Virus record (IMG/VR): IMGVR_UViG_3300022752_000223 | Location: 1 to 33,837 of that record | Strand: one strand, 5' to 3' | Source: a virus | Lineage: Duplodnaviria > Caudoviricetes | DNA length: 33,837 bases | Shown here: one piece after another, positions 10,401-17,725 of the stretch | How the letters are laid out: each line of letters opens with the position of its first letter | Numbering within the stretch: position 1 is the first letter of the stretch | Notes under the pieces: generated by a model | What the model was told of the DNA's origin: nothing | Databases searched by the model: none | The model's input: the letters and a program-made list of their open reading frames with translations, nothing else | Translations under genes and position numbers: made by a program

Positions 10401-11736
10401 GGAAGCATTTATTGACAAAACTGAAAAATTTAGAAAAGCATTTTTAACTGAAGCAGAACAACTAGCTCCAATTCAACAAATGGTAACAGATACACTAAAG
10501 AAACTAGGTTTTGCTAATGTTGATACTATGGAAGAGTTTAAACAACTTGTACAAAGTATAAAACCAGTAACTCCAGAAGCAGCACAACTACAAAATACTT
10601 TACTAGAGCTAGCTCCAGCGTTTGAAAAAGTTTATAAAGGAGCAGATGATCTACTAGAAAATCTTCGCAAAGAAACTATTAACCTAACAACTACACTTAG
10701 TGCAGATGAAATTATATTACGTGATATAACTATAAAAACTAATGAATATGTTGAAACACTAAAAGCATCCGGTGTAGCTACTGAAAAAAATATTAAAATA
10801 GTAGCAGACTGGGCTAAAGCTAGCGCACTAACACAACTACGTAATAATTTAAAAAGTGCATATGAAGATCGTAAACGTGAATTAGAAAGTAGTATTAGTG
10901 CACTAGAAAAAGTTAAAAATAGTTTAGTTGATTTTAAAACACAATTATTACGTGGAGAATTATCTCCTGAGTCAACACTAAGTAAATTTGAACAATTACG
11001 TGCAGAATATGATGTACTACTACAAGATGTAAGATCAAGTGATAGTAGTGTAGCAGAAAAAGCAGCAGAAAAATTTCCACAATTATCTACACAACTACTA
11101 GACACAGCAAAAACACTTTATGGTAGTGGTGAATTATATCAAACACTACACGATAAAATTCTTAAAGATTTAGATACTACTACCACTATAGTTAATACAA
11201 AACTAACTGATGCCCAGCAACAATTAGAAGAACTAACTAAACAAGGTGTAACCCTAGGATTTATTGAGCAGAACACTAAAACAACTGCTGAAAAATTTAG
11301 TGAATATTTACGATTATATAATGCTGTTAATGCTATTAATACAGCAACTGTTGGAGCTAATGCAGCTGCTGCTATAGCTAGTGGTAATACAGTAAATAGT
11401 AGTATGCTAAATGCTTATCAAAATGAATTAATAACAAATATACCAGAAATAAAGATAACTCCACTAGAATTAACATCTGAAGCAGCAGCAGCTAAGAAAA
11501 AGGCTGATGAAGAAGCAGCAGCGGCAGCAGCTGCTAAGAAAAAGGCTGATGAAGAAGCAGCGGCGGCAGCTAAAAAATCAAATGAACTAGCACAAGAACT
11601 AAAAAATGCAATTGATGCTCAAACAGCTATATTAACTACAGTAATTTCCAATACTGGTAGTGATACAGTTACGGCTGTTAAAAACAATACTTGGATAAAA
11701 ACTGGTACTTTTGGTGTTGTAATGGAGGAAAGGTAA
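4429..11736 (+). CDS. Tape measure protein (T5 pb2-like N-terminus)
   Basis: About 2435 aa, Ala/Gln/Glu/Lys-rich and helical, with several hydrophobic stretches. N-terminal RDFANQAQGLGGLVRLYATFAANIFAVSAAF and RGITKLEPELLDELGI motifs. Start moved from TTG 4345 (inside the promoter) to ATG 4429, which has SD GAGGA. Confidence 0.92.
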   Translation: MASQDVSIRLKMVAEGVDQQVQNSQTIANNYASAARSAQQVGSAPQARRAAAAGAMTTSENIEYGRARGNIGGTGASARDFANQAQGLGGLVRLYATFAANIFAVSAAFNALSQAMDTANMVKGLDILGAAAGRSLGTLSQQLVNVTDGAISLREAMSATAMASSAGLTNQQILRMGQVAKTASLALGISMPDAINRLSRGITKLEPELLDELGIFTKIEPAVQAYALQMGKTATQLTDFERRQAFANAVLKEGEDKFSAISDASANPFDKFLAQLKNVTTGGLNLINTVLGPIVDILSQSPAALAGGLALLVTTLVQRALPALGQIREQLAADKVMAQEKLAQKQQDAVKASQALGQLGATKALAEMEANAESELKIFEQKEAKLKELKKNGAAFSQKLNETLKKDIQEVTQFEINQLKIAADARVAAAEAALKKIRGTSAKQETKREAARGEIGAAKAEQETVTALGATVQAEAEYSKAQKQLIDQHVEKMQMSRQYQSLVKAEQKLIVEAKRSEIVANMAYNTSLLGISDAFKIMRAEMDAAGNVGGKVSLGLRGIVAGIGTLISGALGAIGTIIQVVTAAITVFGIIDSLLSKNKKETQAFSDAIDQSESSIKNATKTIELYESKNQNSIQSTVALATAFGELADSMETAVKRFEKMMAASNGWDRFWDRVKGVFGYGKADTLAETLANQLYSALDVAEKFGQRGEMEARLQQFLGIENIFDKRAFEQAIKDLGESGQAELLGIADNFKKRFQQIGSTLDGFRSNLDKTYKSTQEFMQSLSSNDPFAKMAESFGALALDMSRISMLSAGEQLKAFEELTKNPEKLSLFSDSFIKGMFDIKQAFTIEKTQVDAYTSAIDQMIRKVAELKQKQTEIASQAPAPISIPKGMSNLPESIATPGIAQAARASQAVSFGQQPQQLLDKQIKEQEQAIQQYKNIVKEIPTTFTKASELFVEAAQENFKKAADYTAIAIQNSSTRAANTIASAWAATLTGPQAVAEQARIARSEQAIKVKEAKIAVDMLDSQDSLQSAIRENTAQLEITTEALKGTPESKANIAKLEEGRNLQRAIGLISQGKSRDEVLAAIGYDPRNRSLRTDSEGPGSKAAEIFAKAQMQVDIRNQKRDVALGKLKEEQAKQTAINVKEQVDSNAARLQQEKQILDINNATRQARLSIYEIEKQIAGVTTLASINAKAELEDTIRRSNQLAEIDDINRRIKDEDEAVAKTTGESKANHEKQLAFLKYQLLPATEARQITEDQLAARKKILDVLNLEIEAIRKRNEVEKAQLATQQAGQEAQLEIDKARFTSMAEIYNLDKLFVANQIYQMDLQKANFDAQKQQSAALLDAKVKQEEAEKRLQASGLTGLDLQNAITQEQNRQNELLNQQLQQIEIERQKRTDLLKVQQDQVTAQERMNYFMNQANTIAATLSNNFGKGGEKIGQLVDTFAKITKSIDESRGAQEAFNRRAEQMTDDSSADQWRAFWEDKDRLEKKSAQDELERNAMTLNSTKKLFKEKTGAYKAFGALEKAYHIARLIMSAKEIATQIANTVSFVTNSITRQGAAAAEAGVLGVKAVINSMSTLPPPFNFAAGAVMTALVASLLASIGQSFRGGGGNRPSISTEDINKTQGSAMEYNQQGQLVQVRPGVLGDTSAKSDSVRKSISMIEKYTLEGMPINDAQLQYLKLIEKNTKAAAISIYGATGLRTGNIPGIKGAGTAPTTLGNIASASGAILGGGGGALLGAAIAGQGLLLGGTVGSILGEGLAVALNMALPGIGLVLGAVLGKGLMSQSVTRTIEQSGISFSGDLEALAKDTDNAIMAFASGIDKTTTKYLWGLAKSSKTKPFFTETQLTELEQGQQILDSLRPIFATSYKSITGLATELGYSAEKINAAIKQQEFTVNFKDLKTSEEIGQALYDGINAYLDTISNTLFEEFKSFRKEGEGMFETVQRVRYQFELVSQGLKNIGVSTDYLFKTIEGYGIADMITEVFGGMEAFIDKTEKFRKAFLTEAEQLAPIQQMVTDTLKKLGFANVDTMEEFKQLVQSIKPVTPEAAQLQNTLLELAPAFEKVYKGADDLLENLRKETINLTTTLSADEIILRDITIKTNEYVETLKASGVATEKNIKIVADWAKASALTQLRNNLKSAYEDRKRELESSISALEKVKNSLVDFKTQLLRGELSPESTLSKFEQLRAEYDVLLQDVRSSDSSVAEKAAEKFPQLSTQLLDTAKTLYGSGELYQTLHDKILKDLDTTTTIVNTKLTDAQQQLEELTKQGVTLGFIEQNTKTTAEKFSEYLRLYNAVNAINTATVGANAAAAIASGNTVNSSMLNAYQNELITNIPEIKITPLELTSEAAAAKKKADEEAAAAAAAKKKADEEAAAAAKKSNELAQELKNAIDAQTAILTTVISNTGSDTVTAVKNNTWIKTGTFGVVMEER
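11479..11577 (+). repeat. Coding direct repeat (EAAAAKKKADEEAAAA x2) near the tape measure C-terminus
   Basis: GCTAAGAAAAAGGCTGATGAAGAAGCAGC occurs at 11491 and 11533 (42-bp period). Confidence 0.85.
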
Positions 11737-11742
11737 TATATA

Positions 11743-13293
11743 ATGACAACATTAACACAGTTAAAATCTTGGCTAAAAACACCACAACATATTAGAAGAA
11801 TACTCATTGAAATAGATAATGTAACAGATATTAGTGGTAATAATCCTACTACTATTTATTTATCTAATGGTGCTTATACTACTATGTCTTCTGATAGTCC
11901 TAGTAATAAAACATATTTTCCACTTATAGTTGGAGGGGTAAGTTTCAATCAAAGTTTATCTATAGATGGAACTGTTAATATAAGTTATGGAGATATTGAA
12001 CTAGATAATACTACTGGTGACTTAGATACTATATATTTAAACTTAATATTTGTAAATAAAAATATTACTATTTATCTAGGCGATCCTAGCTGGGCAAAAA
12101 GTGATTTTAAAATATTATTTCGAGGAACTGTAGTTGAAGTATTAGCTAAAGATAGAACTAAATTTAATTTAGTAATAGCAGATAAACTTAAGCAGTTAGA
12201 TACTAGTTTAAGTGAAGATACTGTGTTACAAACTACTAAAAATAATATATTAGATCTTAAACCAGTATGTTTTGGAGAGTGTTTTAATGTAACACCATTA
12301 GCAAATTCTATTACTACTGGTGCAGATGCTGGTAAAACTTATTATATAGTACATAATGGTGCTATAGAAGATATTATTGAAGTTAGAGATATGGGTGTAC
12401 CAATTAGTGGTATACAAAAAGATCTGGCAAATGGTAGATTTAGATTAACACAAGCTAATTTTGGTCAAATAACTTGTAGTGTACAAGGAGATAAAACTAC
12501 AGGAACTTATACTAATAAAATTGCAGAAATTATTAAAAATATATTAAAAAATTATGGTCCACCTAGTACTAGACTAGTAGACGGTGATCTAGATTTAACA
12601 AATTTTACAAATTTTGATAATAATTTCGTTGTTAGTGGAAACTATACTAGACAAGTAGGTTATTATACTAGTAATACAGAAAATTTAATAGATGTTTGTA
12701 ATAAAATTGCAGCAAGTGTTAGAGCAAAATTAGCTGTAAATATAGGCCCACTCTCTTCAGATAGTGATGTAGGAAAAATTAAATTAATTAAGTTAGACTC
12801 CGCTACTAGTGCAACTATAACAGTAACTTCATCTGATATAGAAGAATTTAGTATTAGTATATCAGACAGAACTTCAGTTCGTGCAGCTACAAAAATAGCT
12901 TATTGTAAAAATTATACTGTTCAAACAAGTGGATTAGCTGCGGGTTTACCTATAAAAAATGTAGAAGATTTTGCTAGCGAGTGGTATTACAGTACAACTA
13001 GCAATAATACAGTTAAATCAAATTATAAAATTACTAGCGAACCACAGCAAGAAGATACCTATTTAGTTACACAAATAGGTGCTAGTACTGAATCTAGTTT
13101 ACGAAATAGTTTATGGTCTACTCCTAGAACTATATATACTATGAATGCATATCCACATATGTTTGATATACAGCTAGGTGATTTTGTTAAATTAAGTAAT
13201 CGTAGATTTGGTTTAAACGAGTCTCTTGGTACAGTTGTTACAGTTTCTAGAGATTGGATTAGTGGCAGAATTCAATTAGGGATATTAGTATAA
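11743..13293 (+). CDS. Putative tail tip / baseplate hub protein
   Basis: 516 aa, directly after the tape measure. SYGDIELDN, KPVCFGECFNVTP and C-terminal DIQLGDFVKL...RFGL motifs are typical of siphovirus tail-tip proteins. Function inferred mostly from synteny. Confidence 0.55.
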   Translation: MTTLTQLKSWLKTPQHIRRILIEIDNVTDISGNNPTTIYLSNGAYTTMSSDSPSNKTYFPLIVGGVSFNQSLSIDGTVNISYGDIELDNTTGDLDTIYLNLIFVNKNITIYLGDPSWAKSDFKILFRGTVVEVLAKDRTKFNLVIADKLKQLDTSLSEDTVLQTTKNNILDLKPVCFGECFNVTPLANSITTGADAGKTYYIVHNGAIEDIIEVRDMGVPISGIQKDLANGRFRLTQANFGQITCSVQGDKTTGTYTNKIAEIIKNILKNYGPPSTRLVDGDLDLTNFTNFDNNFVVSGNYTRQVGYYTSNTENLIDVCNKIAASVRAKLAVNIGPLSSDSDVGKIKLIKLDSATSATITVTSSDIEEFSISISDRTSVRAATKIAYCKNYTVQTSGLAAGLPIKNVEDFASEWYYSTTSNNTVKSNYKITSEPQQEDTYLVTQIGASTESSLRNSLWSTPRTIYTMNAYPHMFDIQLGDFVKLSNRRFGLNESLGTVVTVSRDWISGRIQLGILV

Positions 13294-16200
13294 TGGCAAC
13301 CATTATTAATGATAGAGATATTATATTACAAGCTACTAGTCCTAGATTGGAAGAAGTAAGTAGCAATAAAATTATAATAGTATCTAGTGCCACTAATTTT
13401 GTAAAACAAGCAAGTGGTATTCAACCTAGCACTATAACTATTAAACCAGTATTAACAGGTATACTAGGAGATTTACCAAATTTAACTTGGTCAAGCTCGC
13501 CTGTAGTAACCTATAGTGTAAGCGGAGATAAAATTGTTACACTTGATTCTGCTAATATAACAATTGGTACGCCTATAGTATTTACAGCTACACTTCCATT
13601 TAAAGGAGTAACTTATACTAGTAGTATTACAATTAATAGTATAAGTGAAAATGTAACTAGTAATTTAAGTAAAAATAGTATAGTAATTAATACTCTTAGT
13701 GATGGTACTGGAGGAGATTATACTACAGCAACCAGTACAATGACTATATCTATAGGTGGAGTAGATGATAGTTCAAATTGGACTTATAGCTGGAGTATAC
13801 CTGGAACTGTAACAGCTAGTGGTAGTAATACTAGCACAATTACTGTTACTGCTATAAGCGCCAATACGCCAGTAGTACTAACCTGTACAGCAACTAGAGC
13901 TGGTTATTTGACTCAAACTAGATCTCTAACTATTAGTAAAGCTATTGCTGGTAGTACAGCTAAAACATTAACTTTAAGTGCTACTGATTTTGCTTTTATA
14001 TTTAGTAGTAGTACAGCAACAACTGCTACATTTCCGGCTAATATAACATTTACTGCAAATAAACAAAATATTACAAATAGTCCAACTTTTACCGCTACAG
14101 CATATAATTCTAGTAATACAAGTCTTGGTAGTGTAACACTTACAGGCAGTGGAGATACACGAGATCTTAGTAGTACTAATTTTAATCAATTAGGTGCTAC
14201 AACTGTTAGATATGTTAAAGTAGTAGCCACTGTAGATGGTATAAGTGATACTGTAACTATTGTTCGTGGTGATAATGGTAGTGATGGACTTACATTTTTG
14301 TTAACAAATGAAGCCCATGTAGTACCTGCAAATAGTAATGGTACAGTTAGTAGTTATACGGGCGCTAGTACAGATGGTGCTATATTTCGTGGAATTACTA
14401 ATGAAACTAGTTCTTGGACAATAACTAAAAGTGATACTACTGGTTTAACAACTACTTTAACAGGTCAAAGTACAAGTGCTATTACTCTAACAGTAAATAG
14501 TTTAACAGACGCAATTGATAGTGCAGTTAGTACTATTACAGCTACTAGAACTGGTTATCCAACATTAACAAAAACTTTTTCTATTAGTAAAAGTAGAGCA
14601 GGAGCACAAGGAGCACAAGGAATACAAGGAGCACAAGGAGCACAAGGAGCACAAGGAGATTCAGGTAGTAGTGGTCTTGAAGGTATAAGAACTATTACAG
14701 CTTTTATAATTAGAAATCAAACTGATCAGGCCTTAACAAGTGCACCTAGCAATACAACTGGTGTTACTGCTCCAACAAATTGGAGCTTAACAGCTTCCTC
14801 AGTAAATATTGGTCAAGTATTATGGTATAGTTTTGGTAGATATAATCCTAATAATACTACTGTAGAAAGTATTCCTGCTAATACTACAGTTTGGAGCGTA
14901 CCAGTAGCTGCTAGTATCTTTCAAGATATACGTAGTGATAATTATAATGGACCTAATCCACCTACTAGTGCAGATTTTGGTACTACCGGTTATTATTTTA
15001 GACGTAGTACTGGTGAGCTATTTGCTACTAGTGCATATTTACGCGGTCAATTAGTTACTGGTACTAGTGGATCGCAGCGCATAGAAATTAATAAAAGTTC
15101 GGCCAATAAAGTTGCAATCTATAATTCTGCCAATCAACTTTTAGGTTATTTTGGGGGTACTAGCGCCGAAACTGATCCATTGATTCAGTTGTCTCCAGTC
15201 TCAGTTTCAAATTATGCTAGTGGAATTAGTATTTCGCTACCTGTGCCTACTGGGTCTGTAACATCAAGTGGAATAACTGCATCGCTTTCGAATGGTTCAA
15301 CAGTTGCTTATTTTCTAAACGCTAGTACGGTGGGAACGATCGCGGTAGCTGGAACAACAGGTTATACTGGAAGCGTCGGATCAGGTTATACAGGTATTTT
15401 AGGTTGGGATGGAGCGTATGATGCAGGTGGAAGATTCGCTGCCGGCACAGGCGGCACAGAGGTTTCTATATGTGATTCTGATGGTTATGCATTAAATCTA
15501 AGGTCTGGCCAATTTAGATATGGTTCTTATACTATCTCCGCACCAACAGGTTCAACATCTACATATTTACGTGCTGATGGAACATGGGCAGCAGTGTCAG
15601 GATCACCAGGATCACCAGGATCACCAGGATCACCAGGATCACCAGGACCAGCAGGACCAGCAGGATCACCGGGTGCTTTTTCTTTTCCAACAGATAGTGG
15701 AACTGCTAATGTTCCTTCTTCGGGGCCTACTGGTGGACAATTAACAGTTTTAGGAAGTGCAAGTGGTATTTCAACAGCAGGTTCAAGTAATACAATAACC
15801 ATATCAAATACAAAACCTTTTAATCCTTCTAATGCAGGCACCACAGGTCAAATATTAATAAAAACTGATAGTGGATATAACTGGGCATCAGGTGGATCCG
15901 GATCACCAGGACCACCAGGACCACCAGGACCACCAGGATCCGGATCACCAGGTCCCGCAGGACCATCAGGTGGATCAGGACCTCCAGGTCCACCAGGACC
16001 ACCAGGTGGATCAGGACCATCAGGTGGATCAGGACCTCCAGGTCCACCAGGACCATCTGGTGGTCCAGGACCAACTGGACCACCAGGACCATCTGGTAAT
16101 TCTGGAGTTACAGGTATTCCAACAGATAGTGGAACTGCTATTGTTTCAGGTGGATTCATAACATTTACATCTCCTTATTCACCCACTAGATTTCAGGGAG

Positions 16201-16550
16201 CTGGTAATTCAGTTACGCTTAACTCTTCATCAGATATTAGACTAAAGAAAAATATTAAAGATGAATATCTAGGTTTAGATTTTATTATGAAATTAACACC
16301 TAAGACTTTTGAATTTACTGGTGATACCAAAAATCAAGATCTACTGCATCATGGATTTATAGCGCAAGATATTGAAATATTAATTCCAGATGAAGATGCT
16401 TTGGTATATATTTACTCAGGAGAAGCAGGAGTAGATACTCGTGGTTTTAACACAGTTGAATTAATTGGTCCTCTTGTAAAAGCAATACAACAACAACAAT
16501 TAGTAATTCAGTCCTTGCAAGAACAAATTAAGGATTTAAATACTAAATAA
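13293..16550 (+). CDS. Tail fibre with Ig-like beta repeats, collagen-like segments and C-terminal peptidase S74 intramolecular chaperone
   Basis: 1085 aa, Thr/Ser-rich. Contains an LTNEAHVVPANSNG module and three Gly-X-Y tracts. SSDIRLKKNI...GLDFIMKLTP...GFIAQDIE...LIGPLVKAIQ is the S74 signature (from ~16230). Confidence 0.85.
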   Translation: MATIINDRDIILQATSPRLEEVSSNKIIIVSSATNFVKQASGIQPSTITIKPVLTGILGDLPNLTWSSSPVVTYSVSGDKIVTLDSANITIGTPIVFTATLPFKGVTYTSSITINSISENVTSNLSKNSIVINTLSDGTGGDYTTATSTMTISIGGVDDSSNWTYSWSIPGTVTASGSNTSTITVTAISANTPVVLTCTATRAGYLTQTRSLTISKAIAGSTAKTLTLSATDFAFIFSSSTATTATFPANITFTANKQNITNSPTFTATAYNSSNTSLGSVTLTGSGDTRDLSSTNFNQLGATTVRYVKVVATVDGISDTVTIVRGDNGSDGLTFLLTNEAHVVPANSNGTVSSYTGASTDGAIFRGITNETSSWTITKSDTTGLTTTLTGQSTSAITLTVNSLTDAIDSAVSTITATRTGYPTLTKTFSISKSRAGAQGAQGIQGAQGAQGAQGDSGSSGLEGIRTITAFIIRNQTDQALTSAPSNTTGVTAPTNWSLTASSVNIGQVLWYSFGRYNPNNTTVESIPANTTVWSVPVAASIFQDIRSDNYNGPNPPTSADFGTTGYYFRRSTGELFATSAYLRGQLVTGTSGSQRIEINKSSANKVAIYNSANQLLGYFGGTSAETDPLIQLSPVSVSNYASGISISLPVPTGSVTSSGITASLSNGSTVAYFLNASTVGTIAVAGTTGYTGSVGSGYTGILGWDGAYDAGGRFAAGTGGTEVSICDSDGYALNLRSGQFRYGSYTISAPTGSTSTYLRADGTWAAVSGSPGSPGSPGSPGSPGPAGPAGSPGAFSFPTDSGTANVPSSGPTGGQLTVLGSASGISTAGSSNTITISNTKPFNPSNAGTTGQILIKTDSGYNWASGGSGSPGPPGPPGPPGSGSPGPAGPSGGSGPPGPPGPPGGSGPSGGSGPPGPPGPSGGPGPTGPPGPSGNSGVTGIPTDSGTAIVSGGFITFTSPYSPTRFQGAGNSVTLNSSSDIRLKKNIKDEYLGLDFIMKLTPKTFEFTGDTKNQDLLHHGFIAQDIEILIPDEDALVYIYSGEAGVDTRGFNTVELIGPLVKAIQQQQLVIQSLQEQIKDLNTK
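14601..14654 (+). repeat. 9-bp tandem repeat (GGAGCACAA)x6 encoding Gly-Ala-Gln collagen triplets
   Basis: Five exact units plus one variant (GGAATACAA). Confidence 0.95.
15600..15671 (+). repeat. 9-bp tandem repeat encoding (GSP)5(GPA)2GSP
   Basis: GGATCACCA x5, GGACCAGCA x2, GGATCACCG. Confidence 0.95.
15891..16097 (+). repeat. Collagen-coding repeat rich in Gly-Pro-Pro
   Basis: Multiple GGACCACCA units. A 42-bp block GGACCATCAGGTGGATCAGGACCTCCAGGTCCACCAGGACCA recurs at 15960 and 16014. Confidence 0.9.
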
Positions 16551-16551
16551 A

Positions 16552-16585
16552 AATCCAGGGTATTTGCCCTGGATTACTATTTTTT
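16552..16585 (+). terminator. Probable rho-independent terminator or attenuator after the fibre gene
   Basis: AATCCAGGG-TATTTG-CCCTGGATT forms a 9-bp stem, followed by ACTATTTTTT (T tract slightly offset). Confidence 0.65.
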
Positions 16586-16597
16586 GTAGATTTTAAA

Positions 16598-17161
16598 TTG
16601 AATAAATATTACGAAGTTTATAACGAATTTATTCCTCATACAATATGTGATTATATTATTTCTGAAGCACAAATGTATGAGCCAAATGATGCTACTGTTG
16701 GAACCTATAATAATTTATCATTACCAGAACATAGAATTAGTACAGTTAGATGGTTACCTCCATTCAATAATTATGTAACACCGTTTCTTTTAACTGCTGC
16801 ACTTAATAGTAATAAACACTGGGAATATATTATAGATCCAGAGCTTGTAGCCATTCAGTTTACAGAATATTATGGGACTCTAAAAGGTCATTTTAATTGG
16901 CATAATGATATTCTACTTGATAAATCAAAACATCGCAAAGTATCAGTTATTTTACAGCTAAGCGATCCAACAGACTATGAAGGCGGCTTTTTAGAAATGG
17001 AAAACTGGGTTGGATTTAATAACTCGCAAGCAGAAATAGCTTTTAAAAAAAGAGGATCTGTTTTAGTTTTTCCATCTATTCTTCAACATAGAGTTTCACC
17101 TGTTACTCTAGGAACAAGATATAGTGTAGTAACATGGTTAGAAGGTCCTCAGTTTAAATAA
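16598..17161 (+). CDS. 2OG-Fe(II) dioxygenase, prolyl 4-hydroxylase / PKHD-type
   Basis: 187 aa. HxD (WHND), RKVSVILQLSDPTDYEGG, distal His (LQHRVSPV) and 2OG-binding Arg (TRYSVVTW). The TTG start has no clear SD, so the start is uncertain. Confidence 0.9.
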   Translation: MNKYYEVYNEFIPHTICDYIISEAQMYEPNDATVGTYNNLSLPEHRISTVRWLPPFNNYVTPFLLTAALNSNKHWEYIIDPELVAIQFTEYYGTLKGHFNWHNDILLDKSKHRKVSVILQLSDPTDYEGGFLEMENWVGFNNSQAEIAFKKRGSVLVFPSILQHRVSPVTLGTRYSVVTWLEGPQFK

Positions 17162-17179
17162 TTTTATAAAGTTAATAAT

Positions 17180-17479
17180 ATGTGGAAAATAATAAAATTA
17201 GAGTGCTTATTAAATTATAATAATTTACAAAATGTAGTTTTAAAAGCATACTGGGAATATACTATTAGTCAAGATAATGAACAAGAAACTATTAGTGGTA
17301 TTAAACAATTTACAGCACCTAGTGAAGATAATTTTATTCCCTATGAAAATTTAACAGAACAAATAGTGTTAGATTGGTTGTGGAAAGAAATTAGTAAACA
17401 AGCCACAGAAGAACTAGCTATTAAAAAATTAAATGATAAAATAAATCCACCAATAATTAGTTTATCTTTGCCTTGGTAA
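17180..17479 (+). CDS. Small fibre-associated hypothetical protein
   Basis: 99 aa with FIPYENLTEQIVLDWL and a terminal LPW. I recall this motif set from small proteins next to fibre genes in aquatic phages. Confidence 0.6.
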   Translation: MWKIIKLECLLNYNNLQNVVLKAYWEYTISQDNEQETISGIKQFTAPSEDNFIPYENLTEQIVLDWLWKEISKQATEELAIKKLNDKINPPIISLSLPW

Positions 17480-17588
17480 TTACTAGATAAAATTAGATCT
17501 ACAAAACTACTCCGACTGAATGATCGATCTGATTAATCCAATACGAAAACCACAGTCGTGTTGAAACCTAATGCATAAAGTTACTTAT

Positions 17589-17628
17589 AATACTACGCTT
17601 ATAAAACGGTTTAAGCATAGTATTTTTT
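17589..17628. terminator. Long hairpin, possible terminator
   Basis: AATACTA-C-GCTTA / TAAGC-A-TAGTATT with a 10-nt loop, then TTTT. The C-A mismatch becomes a G-U pair on the minus strand. Confidence 0.5.
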
Positions 17629-17632
17629 CTAA

Positions 17633-17661
17633 TTGACTTTATTTAGCCCTTGTGTTATAAT
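17633..17661 (+). promoter_or_regulatory. Near-consensus sigma70 promoter for the fibre/adhesin operon
   Basis: TTGACT(17633-38)-17 bp-TATAAT(17656-61) with extended -10 TG (17653-54). Confidence 0.9.
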
Positions 17662-17725
17662 ATACAAGAATATAAAATTAACTATAAAAAATTTATGGTA
17701 GTTGTATACTCAGCCGAGGAATGTT

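Noticed and set aside
4456-11807. Many minus-strand ORFs antisense to the tape measure gene (and similar ones opposite other genes)
   Set aside because: They overlap long plus-strand genes and have no recognisable motifs. Expected from codon bias.
15520-16161. Alternative-frame and antisense ORFs over the collagen repeats (QDH-repeat, GPD/GPG-repeat and VLV-repeat ORFs)
   Set aside because: Shadows of stop-free 9-bp repeats inside the fibre gene, with no SD or independent coding signal.
17516-17548. Hammerhead-like CTGAATGA...CGAAA
   Set aside because: The core has an extra base versus CUGAnGA, the stem II closing pair is missing, and no stem III or cleavage triplet geometry is evident.
17480-17630. 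Possible DGR template repeat (minus strand contains GGTTTTCGT, a GFR-like end)
   Set aside because: No reverse transcriptase in the window and no matching variable repeat differing at adenines. The 62-bp and 294-bp repeats differ at synonymous sites instead.
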